NCBI GenBank assembly: GCA_951406725.2
Contig: OX597814.1
Span: 64,790,001 to 64,854,000 of the forward strand
Direction of reading: 5' to 3'
DNA from: Octopus vulgaris
Lineage: Eukaryota
Length of the DNA stretch: 64,000 nt
Part shown: one piece after another, positions 53,868 to 64,000 of the stretch
How positions within the stretch are numbered: the first letter of the stretch is position 1
How the letters are laid out: each line of letters begins with the position of its first letter
Program-made: the position numbers and the translations under genes
Notes under the pieces: generated by a model
Databases searched by the model: none
Told to the model about the DNA's origin: nothing
What the model saw: only the letters and a program-made list of their open reading frames with translations

Positions 53868-53915
53868 ATCTTACAGCCGTTTCTGGGATATTATGGATAT
53901 CCCTTCATCATGGAT
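53868..53915 (-). ncRNA. Degenerate hammerhead motif
   Basis: Minus strand ATCC-ATGATGA-A-GGGATAT-CCATA-ATATCCC-A-GAAAC-GGCT-GTA-AGAT: 7-bp helix II, C3 changed to A. Lies in an insert bounded by (TA)n. Confidence 0.6.
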
Positions 53916-53925
53916 GTCGAACATA

Positions 53926-53973
<48 letters not shown>

Positions 53974-54069
53974 TAATAAATAAAACATATGCATATATAT
54001 ATACATATATTAATAAATAAAACATATGCATATATATATATACCTCTACATGTATATATACACGCATAT

Positions 54070-54249
54070 ATGAGTACAGGACACCAAAAAAACGTCGAAC
54101 ACAATGAGAAACGAAAACATAGACACAAACCCAAGGAACTGGAGATTTTTCTTAAACAACAAAAAAAAATAGAGTACAGGACAAATAACAGAAGGAAAAA
54201 ACCCCTTCTTCAGTCGCCATGGTTTCATCTACTCTACGTTTCGAAGGTG

Positions 54250-54253
<4 letters not shown>
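54070..54253 (-). mobile_element. Second copy of the 15228 repeat family
   Basis: ATGAGTACAGGACACCA start and CCCCTTCTTCAG...GTTTCGAAGGT block shared with 15228..15356. Confidence 0.7.
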
Positions 54254-54347
<94 letters not shown>

Positions 54348-54395
54348 TATATATATATGTATGTATATATATGTATATATATATATGTGTGTGTG

Positions 54396-54427
<32 letters not shown>

Positions 54428-54464
54428 CGTGTGTGTGTATGTATGTGTGTGTGTGCGTGTGCGT

Positions 54465-54650
54465 GAGTCTGTGTCTGTATCCCCATGATCACTTGACAAC
54501 CGATGTTGCTGTGTTCACATCCCCGTATCTTAGCCGTTTGACAAAACAAATCGATAGAATAAGTACTAGGCTTACAAATAAAGGGGTCGATTTCTTTGAC
54601 TAAAGACGGTGCTTCAGCATGGCCGCAATCACATGACCGAAACAAGTAAA
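54465..54650 (+). mobile_element. SINE family B, 3' half
   Basis: CGATAGAATAAGTACTAGGCTTACAAA...CAGCATGGCCGCA. Confidence 0.85.
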
Positions 54651-54682
54651 ACAAAAAAAAAAAACTTTTAATCCCGAGCAAC

Positions 54683-54934
54683 TTATGGTGCATTTATGGC
54701 GCAGTTTTGGAAAACATGTAAAGAGTCGATATCCTCCACCATCATCACTACAAGAACTGGAGACAGTTTTAGCTGAAGAATGGACAAAATTTCCTTTGGA
54801 AGCAATTCAAACTTTATACGAGTCCTTATCTCGTAGAATTCAAACTGTAATTACTGCCACAGGCGGTCCTACCCCATATTAAAATAAATTTGTTTGAAAT
54901 TTTAAGGTGTTTCCATTATTTTGTCCAACCCCTG
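54683..54934 (+). mobile_element. Tc1 3'-terminal fragment, inverted relative to the 50821 copy
   Basis: ORF HLWRSF...SLQELETVLAEEWTKFP...ESLSRRIQTVITATGGPTPY*. Terminus GGTGTTTCCATTATTTTGTCCAACCCCTG-TA. Confidence 0.92.
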
Positions 54935-55673
54935 TATATATTACGCACGCGTACGCACACATTCATGTATGTATGGCAGCAATTAAAAGAACAATACTTT
55001 AGACGTTGAATATATGCCAACGTTGTTTTTGGGGCAAATGCTTTTCCATTATAGATATATATGCTTACATACATGCATGTATGCATACATACATACATAC
55101 ATACATACATACATACATTCACACACACATACATTCATGCATACATACATACATACATACATACATACATACATACATAATGCCATAGATATATGCGTAT
55201 GTGCATATGCCTTAGTGGGTGAGAGTGAGAGACAGAGAGAAAGAGAGGTGCAGTGAAAGAGCGAGATATATATTCGTTTTTTTTTTGGGGGGGGGTAGTA
55301 ATGAGACTTCAAACAATTATAGAAAATAAAAAAGAAAACGGCAACAAAATCTAGAAATAAGGGCCATTGAAGAAACCGGGTCAACATAAATATGATGCTA
55401 TAGAATGTATACCTCCTCCACCTTCATTCTTTACAAGATGAAATAAAAAGTAAAATAATGATTATACGTCTCTTACAAACAATGAATATCAAATCGGAGA
55501 AGATGAGCAGGTAAACTTATTCCATCATTCTACATTTCAAAATGAATCAACAATAAACAGTTTTATGCTGTATGCGAGTGCGTCTGTGATTGTAGGCTTT
55601 TACATGCCGAAGACTACTTGGTGTAATTGATAATTATTCCAAATTAATTAATTTCACCCTTCATTATTACGGA

Positions 55674-55710
<37 letters not shown>

Positions 55711-55818
55711 AAACTCATACAAATGTATATAGAGACATGTATTACGTACAGTTAGTTATACAGTATGGTCTTCCCAGTCCTACGATGGGCATAACGCGTA
55801 TATATATTAATATATATT

Positions 55819-55954
<136 letters not shown>

Positions 55955-57301
55955 TGTGTTTACATATATACATGTATATATGTTTATGCATATATATGTA
56001 TATCTGCTGGTGTGTGTGTGTATGTGTGTATCTATTCACTCTCTATTGAAAAATAGAACTGATAATTTTCACTATTTCTTATAATGGATTTATCGTTGAA
56101 CATTTTTATGTGAAATTGCTAATGGAACCTGCCTTTAAATTCACTATATATTTGCTTGTGGAGCTGAGCAACAAATACATATCTTACTGTGATATTTCCT
56201 TCTGTTATCACTATACTAATATCCTAGATTGGGGATATTTTTCATCTTTACTTTTCTCTGATTTATCCCTCTTTGATGATAGTATATTCTGCTTATGAAA
56301 CCCTTCTCAATATCATCATTCACATGCTTGGCTAGTCTAGAAACTAAAATCGATGTTTCGGCTAAAGTCTTGACTGCAATTTTTTGCTATATCATTATTC
56401 ATGCACTTTTGCCTTCCTTATATATGAGGCATTGAAATGAAAATTTTATGACAAATAACATTGGTAACGAAATGAATCTGTGACTGATCATCACTTTTCC
56501 AGCACAAAAACGGAAGGTTAAAAGAGAGCTGACATGAAGTGGATTTTAGAAATGGTTGCAAGTTCTAATGGCTTCGGAAGTCTACAAGGCAAAAATGATG
56601 GCTCTAAGTTAAAGAACATAGGACCGAAGGTGCAGATCAAAGAGTTTAGTTGCCTCATAGGTCTGAGTAAGTTGGCGCTTCAAAGTATTTCTCCTAAAGA
56701 ACTGGAATGACTAAGCATAAACACGAGAAAACCAAGTAGCAGAGATCAACTGAAGCAGCAGCAAAACTAGCAAGCTCCAGCCTCCAGAGTATCATGGAGC
56801 ACAGCTCGAAGAATATCGGAGAATATCCCCTCATACCTAGTCTTAGAAATAGGTGAGCAGACATTTCGCCTCCTAACAACTGCAATCAGTCGTAGCAATC
56901 CATTATGTGATGATAAAGAGATAATAGCTGCAGAGGAAAGTATTCAAACTGTCGTGTGAAATATGAAAGGAACAAAATGTCATAAAACATTTCACAGAAC
57001 ACAAACTGATAAGGAGGAACAATCTTCAAAATACAACGAGAGCATAGAAATGAGATTCACCATCCTTCAAAAATTAAACCAATAGATAACAGGCAAAATC
57101 TCGTATTTATAGTGCCATAGACATTTCAACGAAGTAAGTGTGACAAAGGAACGGTTAAGTTGTTCGGAATATAGGAGACATACAAAGGAATGGTGGTTTT
57201 CAGAAAAAAGTATTATAATAAAATGAAGTCATAGCCTGCTCATTTCGATAATGAACAGGCTAAGATTTAAGACGGCGAATTGTCAGAATCACTAGCACAC
57301 C

Positions 57302-57708
57302 AAGGCGGCGAGCTGGCAGACATTTTAGCACGACGGGCGAAATGCTTAGCGGTATTTCGTCTGTCTTTACGTTGTGAGTTCAATTTCCGCTGAGGTCGAC
57401 ATTGCCTTTCATCCTTTAGGGGTCGATAAATTAAGTACCAGTTGCGTACTGGGGTCGATCTCGACTGGTCCCCTACCCCAAAATGTTGGCCCTTGTGCCT
57501 AGAGTGGAAAAGAACCACAAGCACACCAGACCAAAATGCTTAGTTACATTTCGTCCGTCTTTACGACCTGAGTTCAAATTCCACCTAGCTCGACAGTGTC
57601 TTTCACCCTTCAGGAGTCAATAAAATACGCACCTGTTGAGCACTGGTGTCGATGTAATCGACTTACACCGTTTTTCACAATTGCTGTCCTATCAAAATTT
57701 GAAGCCGA
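57302..57708 (+). mobile_element. Two tandem SINE family A copies
   Basis: AAGGCGGCGAGCTGGCAGA...GCCTTTCATCCTTTAGGGGTCGATAAATTAAGTACCAG, then a diverged second copy from ~57525. Confidence 0.88.
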
Positions 57709-58030
57709 TATTTACTTTAACCTCCTAAAAATTTGTAACGGGTGCATTTGGGTGCACCAAACATCGACATGCACAGTGGCTGACGGATAAGAGCGTGTAG
57801 TAGTCTAACCCTAACTAGCCGGTAGTTTTCTCCTCCACGTGCGAGCCAAATCAAAAATATTTCTCATATTTCATTTCCCTTCAATGATATTGAGTTTATA
57901 GTTCTTTTGCATTCATTCTGTGAGATTAGTTGTGCTTAATAGATTTTAAATTCTTCTATTTATATAATATAAAACGTCTATCACCTTTTCCCTAAGGTCT
58001 GTATAACTTTTCATGCAATCCTGCATGTAT

Positions 58031-58113
58031 TTTATACCCATTGTTTAATTCTTTATACCCATTTTATACCCATTGTTTAATTGTTTATACCCATTTTATA
58101 CCCATTGTTTAAT
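58031..58113. repeat. Short minisatellite (~32-bp period, TTTATACCCAT subunits)
   Basis: TTTATACCCATTGTTTAATT three times, alternating with TTTATACCCAT. Confidence 0.9.
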
Positions 58114-58256
58114 TTCCAAGTTATTTTTCTGTATTTTTCGTGCTCTTTTATTTCATAAGAAGCAAAGTTATTAGAGATTATGTTGTTCTCAAATATCCAC
58201 AAATACACATATATTAATTATTAAAGTACGTTTGTGCATATTGTATGACTGCGTAC

Positions 58257-58300
<44 letters not shown>

Positions 58301-58680
58301 GCGAATATGTGTTTGTACGAATATGTGTGTGTGTGCGCGAGTGTATTTTGACATGCGCTCACTCTCACACATAAAACCTATATATACGTTCATTTGCATA
58401 TACGTATAAGGTCGCATATTCTCTTGTTTTTGTTTACGTTGTATATGCCAGAATTCCGTTCTTTCCTTTACAGGACAAATGACCAAACTGCCGGAGGCAC
58501 GGCAGCCTTCCTTACTACATAGCATAATAGGAATGGGAACTTCAACATATGCAACATATCTTGCCATGAGCTTATCTAATCGAGTCCCTTATACTCTCGC
58601 TGTGTCATTGCAAGTTTTACACGAAATCTTCACCACAACCACAACTACATTTATCCACACCACCATCATTTCTTATTCGT

Positions 58681-58763
<83 letters not shown>

Positions 58764-58774
58764 ATAATAATAAT

Positions 58775-59125
58775 TGGAAGCATTATCATATACATTTATT
58801 TGTCGTGGTATAAAACACGGGCTACAGCAAATATTCTGCTCAATGCCACAGATTTGCTTGTCAGTTGTTTGATCTTAACCAGTTGAACATGTCCCTTAGT
58901 GGCTGACAATATATGCATTTCTCATCACGAGCAGAAGTAGTAGGGGAGCATCGTAATCATGTGCTGAAAGAAATACTTTGGGGTTTGGATAATTCACCTT
59001 TGGAAACATGGGTGTTTTGTTCAACATCCTTAAACAACCCTTATTCTAGGCCCATTTGAGCGGAATGGGCTATCGACCTGAAGAATTTTCTAACTGGGCC
59101 CCCACCTGCAAGGTCATGCGCTGTT
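58775..59125. mobile_element. Second copy of the 12363..12903 repeat
   Basis: GGTATAAAA...CAAATATTCTG...ACTGGGCCCCCACCTGCAAGGTCAT, after (TAC)n(TAA)n. Confidence 0.8.
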
Positions 59126-59998
59126 ACATCCGTCACTAATGCTAAACTTTACCAAACATTGTTTACTAACCATTGTTTACAAATGTCAGTTTACCTTAAA
59201 ATTTAATTTGGACATTGTTTTTAAAATCAATGCAATCGATAAAATTAATATAAACTCCTTATATACTTAAGTACGTGAACAAAATACTAAACTATTCAAT
59301 AGTATACTGACGATATCCTTATGACCACTACAGTCAAAATGCCTGGTGGCATTTAAGAGGTTTTATGCTCTGAACATATATCCCGCCGAGATCAGCGTTC
59401 TACCTTACTTTCGCGCCCGAGAAAAGAATGTACCAAGTATTGGAGGCTACAAGAGTCCATCTGGTGCCAAACGTGCAATTATGCGTAATTGTTTGAAATT
59501 CAATTGTTAACACTACAATAACTGTTCAACGGGTTCAGCATGTATTTCAACGTACATTGTGACTATGAGCATGACGATATACTAGCCTCCATGCGGTGTA
59601 ATGTTATAAAGTAGCAGGATCAATAGTTAATAGAAAAAGCTTGAAATAGTTTTTAGCGCTAAGACAAAGTGGGAAAGGCAACAGCCTTAATCTTTGCATG
59701 GTGCTTGAGAGAATGCTAGAAAGAAAACCTAATACGTGAGTCACTGCAATACACACCAAAATATCGATTTTACTGTGACAGTAGCCTGACCCAAATGCTT
59801 GAAGCAGTATAAACCTGAATGCTTGAAACAAGAAGCTGCATCTATTTGCGATGCATGTGTGAATATAATTTTAGTCCAGGTATGCATTTTGCTATAACGA
59901 CACAATGGGAACACTGATGATTTTAATTTTGCCTGGGATTGGGTAAATGTGTCTGTTGAATGATTGCACGATATAATACTTTTATTATTCTCTTTGTT

Positions 59999-60172
59999 CG
60001 GCGGTAAGCTGGCAGAAACGTTAGCTCGCCGGGCGTTCAAATTCCGACTAGGTCGACTTTGCCTTTCATCTTTTCGGGGTCGGTAAACTAAGTACCAGTT
60101 GCGTACTGGGGTCGATATAATCGACTGGCCCCCTTCCCTCAAAATTTTGGGCCTTTTGCCTAGAGTAGAAAA
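59999..60172 (+). mobile_element. SINE family A, internally deleted
   Basis: GGCGGTAAGCTGGCAGAAACGTTAG...GTCGACTTTGCCTTTCATC...GCCTAGAGTAGAAAAG. Confidence 0.88.
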
Positions 60173-60300
60173 GATTAACATAGACGTCAAATCACCATTA
60201 CCACGAAGAATGTGTTCTCAAGAAAAAAAAATCTCAGCAAAACGCCAAAATGTAAAAAAGAGCAAGACAAATGAAAACATACGAAACAAAAACGATTACC

Positions 60301-60373
60301 TACGTACCAATTGGTTTCACTTGTTAATATATACGTATATAAACACGTAGATACCTGAAAGATCGTCAGCCTA
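60301..60373 (-). ncRNA. Hammerhead-like motif, core boxes intact, helix II weak
   Basis: Minus strand TAGG-CTGACGA-(long spacer)-GAAAC-CAATTG-GTA-CGTA: palindromic helix III ACCAATTGGT, GUA triplet, one mismatch in helix I. Confidence 0.55.
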
Positions 60374-60624
60374 GTCTGTCGCTTACAAAACACAATTTCT
60401 ACTACTAAAAACAGAGCGCTCAACCGAAATCGAGTATGTATAAAGTTCTAACAAATTATATTTGTGTGCATCCTTCCAAATGCCTTCACTTTGGTGCACT
60501 TTGGCATTCCTTTATATTTAGTGGTCATTCCTCTATATTTTGTATGTAACACAATTTTTTATCTTCGGATTTTTTAAATATGCTAAGCCACTTGTTTTAA
60601 TTGATTAACATCAGTTTCTACCCT

Positions 60625-60674
<50 letters not shown>

Positions 60675-60677
60675 GTA

Positions 60678-60777
60678 TAGGCGCAGGAGTGGCTGTGTCG
60701 CAAGTGTCTTCTGCTATAGCCCCGGGCCGACCAATGCCTTGTGAGTGGATTTGGTAGACGGAAAAAGAAGCCTGTCG

Positions 60778-60779
<2 letters not shown>
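60678..60779 (+). mobile_element. SINE family B, deleted 5' half
   Basis: TAGGCGCAGGAGTGGCTGTG joined directly to GCAAGTGTCTTCTGCTATAGCC. Confidence 0.85.
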
Positions 60780-60874
<95 letters not shown>

Positions 60875-60879
60875 GCATG

Positions 60880-62145
60880 GATCTCATTATTCAGTTTATT
60901 TCAAGAGTTCTTGTCAATAGAGAAATAACCGGTTTCTAACCTAGATCCACGGTTCCTTCACTGGAATTTCAACATCAACAACCGAGTATTTTTCTTTGTA
61001 TATATGTATGTAAGTATTATGTGTGTATGTATGTATATAAGTATGTATGTATGTATGTATGTATGTATGTATGTATTCTCATTCTTGTAGTTACATATCT
61101 AGACATGCTCATGTATATCTAAATGACAAACTCCTGGAAAGTTTTACAGATTTTTACAGTTCCAGTGATGGATTGGATCTGTGGTCATCGAATTAGCTTT
61201 CTCCTTTCTGGTTTTGAGAAGCCTAATTTCTCAAGATTGGTATTTAGGCAGTGTATTATATATCTTAGGACCCCATTAATTACAGGTATAAACGTGAACT
61301 TGTAATCTGGATATAGTAGCTGCAGATTTCTCAATAGTTCAGCATAGGTGTTCTCTTTTTCACTAATCTAATCAACTAGGCAGCTAATTTCTACAACTGT
61401 GCACACTTTCTCTTCTCTAAAATCATTATATCAGGTGTGTTGCGCTCACATTTTATTGAAGTCTTCACTGGTACATTATACTAGTATTCCATTTTGTTAT
61501 GAGTGGCTCTGGCTTCTACCATCTTCTGAGTTTTTATTTCTTTATTCTCAGGACTATCCTTCCGACGGTTTTCATTATAGAGTGTCCTAGCTACAACGTC
61601 ATGGCTCATCGGTAGATAATACCGTGATGACATTTTTGGACAAATGCTAATGATGTGGGTGATATCTCTAAAGTGAACTCCACAAAGTCTGTATCAGTTG
61701 TCACATTTTACGGCTTTTCCCGCAACTCTATCTCTTTTGTGCATCAGGTACTTGGTTGATATTTCCTGTTCCTTGATTGCAAACGCATAGCCTTCAAAGT
61801 AGGAGGTAGTAATCTGGCTATTCGTCCATGATAAACTGCTTTGATGATCGATGTTACTATCATCACGGAGCTTTCTAGTAACATGTTTATGCATAGTCTT
61901 CTGCTCAAAAAGGCTCATGCTTTCATCTGATGATACATTGCGGTAGAGTTGTGCGACTTCTTTGGGCATGTATTCTAGGTTATAAGGCAAAGAGTGTTGC
62001 TCATGGAGCTGCCTTCCAAGTCTTATGATGTCATCAGCCTCATGTATGCCAACTTGGACAAGGGATGCACTTCGACGCTTGGTGGTTAAAAGATGTTGCC
62101 CAAGGAATATGATGCGACCTTCAAATGCACTTTGTATCAATGTTA
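60880..62145 (-). mobile_element. R4/Dong-clade LINE, 3' portion (second family)
   Basis: FEGYAFAIKEQEISTKY, CCHC remnant RLCGVHFRDITHIISIC, and RLE region CTVVEISC...YAELLRNLQLLYPDYKFTFIPVING...TGTVKICKTF. Confidence 0.85.
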
Positions 62146-62185
62146 AGCTTTATGTATGTGTATATGTATGTATGTAGGTATACAC

Positions 62186-62244
<59 letters not shown>

Positions 62245-62271
62245 GATAGATAGATAGATAGATAGACAGAC

Positions 62272-62312
<41 letters not shown>

Positions 62313-62904
62313 TGCATATATTTGTGTGTATGTGTGTATGTGTACATGTCTGTATATATGCATGCGTGTGTGTATGAAATACCGGTGTCGTAAATACTAT
62401 TATGATAAATTTTCCCATTTAACAGAGTTTTATTTTGTTTCCGGCTAAAAATTGTCACACAATAATACCAGAAGAGAACGGGAATACATTCGCTACACAG
62501 AATATTTCTGTACTAAAAATTACTGGATTCCTAGAAGTTAAAATATATAAAACAGTAAATATTAGCTTTCACAAAACTGCCATAAAATACAGATGGTACA
62601 GAATATCGATTGAAATACGTCACACATGTTCCAATCACCTCACCATGTGATGAGAGCTTTATTATTTAATATCAAGGTGTATCAGGTGATTGCACTGTGT
62701 TCAAAGTTTTCTCTTCTGTATTGTATTTTATTAGTTGTCTTTACAAAACGGCTTACAAATATGTTCACCCCTTTATGCACATGCCCTAAAAATATGGAAA
62801 TATGTCAAGCCCGCCAAAGTCAAATTCCAATCGTGGCAATGGGCCTTTTTTATGGAATTGAAATTATATTTTATTTATTTATTTATTTACTCTCTATACT
62901 CTTT

Positions 62905-63307
62905 ACTCTTTTATTTGTTTCAGTCATTTTGACTTCGGCCATGCTGGAGCACCGCCTTTAGTTGAGCAAATCGACCCTCAGGACTTATTCTTTGTAAGCC
63001 TAGTAGTTATTCTATCGGATTCTGTTGCAGAACCGCTAAGTTACGGGGACGTAAACACACCACCATCGGTTGTCAAGGGATGTTGGGGTGACAAACACAG
63101 ACACACAAATATACACACACATACATAAATACATACATATATATATATAATAATTAGATATATATATATATACTTATATACGACGGGCTTTCAGTTTTCG
63201 TCTACCAAATTCACTCACAAGGCTTTGGTCGGCCCGAGGCTATAGAAGAAGACACTTGCCATGTGGTTGGTAAGCAAGCTACTTACCATACAGCCACTCT
63301 TGCGCCT
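62905..63307 (-). mobile_element. SINE family B, near full length
   Basis: GGCCATGCTGGAGCACCGCCTTTAG...CAGCCACTCTTGCGCCTA. Confidence 0.92.
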
Positions 63308-64000
63308 ATTCAAAATAAATATGTGTAAATGAACCAATTCTTCAGGCGGAAGAATGCATAAAACACTACGATTCAAAAGAAATAGAGTAGCGCAGTGCTT
63401 GATTGTCTCTGTCCATGTGCATTAAAGAAAAGAAGGAATAACTGATACTTATCAGGCTCTTGGATAACGTTAGGTCCGGGAACAGAGGGTACAGGGGGTA
63501 CAAGTGCAACGCCTAAAAGCTTTGTGGGGTGCAAAACCAAAATTTGCACCCTCATTTGAATCCATAAAAACTACACCTATTTGTGTAACAAAATTTGTAA
63601 AAAATCCTTAAAATCCATAAAGAAGAATAAATGAGTCACCATTGGTGCGCTTTCGTTCTTAACAGTCAGGGAGGAAATATTTGAACTTAAAAAAGCCTCT
63701 GATTTCAGGCAATTTTCATCCTTACAAACTGGTTAATAAAATGACAAAAATTGTTTCATTTACTGATGAATTTATCAAATTGGTGACCTGACAGTTGAAA
63801 TTTGCGTATTTCTAGCGAATGCGCAATGAACAATGTGAATTGAAGATTTTATTTTTGCCGGTCTTGTAACTTGGTTATTATTAGAACAATATCTTTTTTA
63901 ATACCACAAATATTTTTACGTGTAAGAGAAATGGAAGAGAGTGCCCGGGAATGGGTGCGTGGTTAGGTTTTCTTGGCAATTACACAATTCTCGGTTCGAA

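Noticed and set aside
56600-57230. Possible very old retroelement coding remnant
   Set aside because: No motif could be recognised with confidence by eye. It would need BLASTX.
58031-58113. CRISPR-like regularly spaced repeats
   Set aside because: Spacers are copies of the repeat, the context is eukaryotic and there are no cas genes. It is a simple minisatellite.
60920-60968. GAAACCGGTT with an upstream stem in the LINE 3' region (minus strand)
   Set aside because: First box reads CCAGTGA rather than CTGANGA and helix I is absent.

Overview
AT-rich, microsatellite-saturated eukaryotic DNA, intronic or intergenic. The SINE families and (TA)n/(CA)n/(TACA)n/(TAA)n density point to an octopus or other coleoid cephalopod genome (inference). 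No intact protein-coding gene is evident, and nearly all ORFs in the track are microsatellite or repeat artefacts. The window is a mosaic of decayed mobile elements: Tc1, maT-like, mariner and pogo transposons, hAT MITEs, Helitrons, RTE, R4/Dong, Tx1-like and CR1-like LINE fragments, a Penelope GIY-YIG element, many tRNA-derived SINEs and a decayed 28S rRNA fragment. The most notable signal is absent from the ORF track: about ten hammerhead-ribozyme-like motifs (CTGANGA...GAAAC, palindromic helix III) lie in short non-coding inserts within (TA)n tracts. Three have intact core boxes, all on the minus strand. One lies in a 447-bp unit with ~44-bp terminal redundancy (retrozyme-like), and several long near-perfect fold-back palindromes appear to derive from the same class of element. 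All calls were made by eye and boundaries of decayed elements are approximate.
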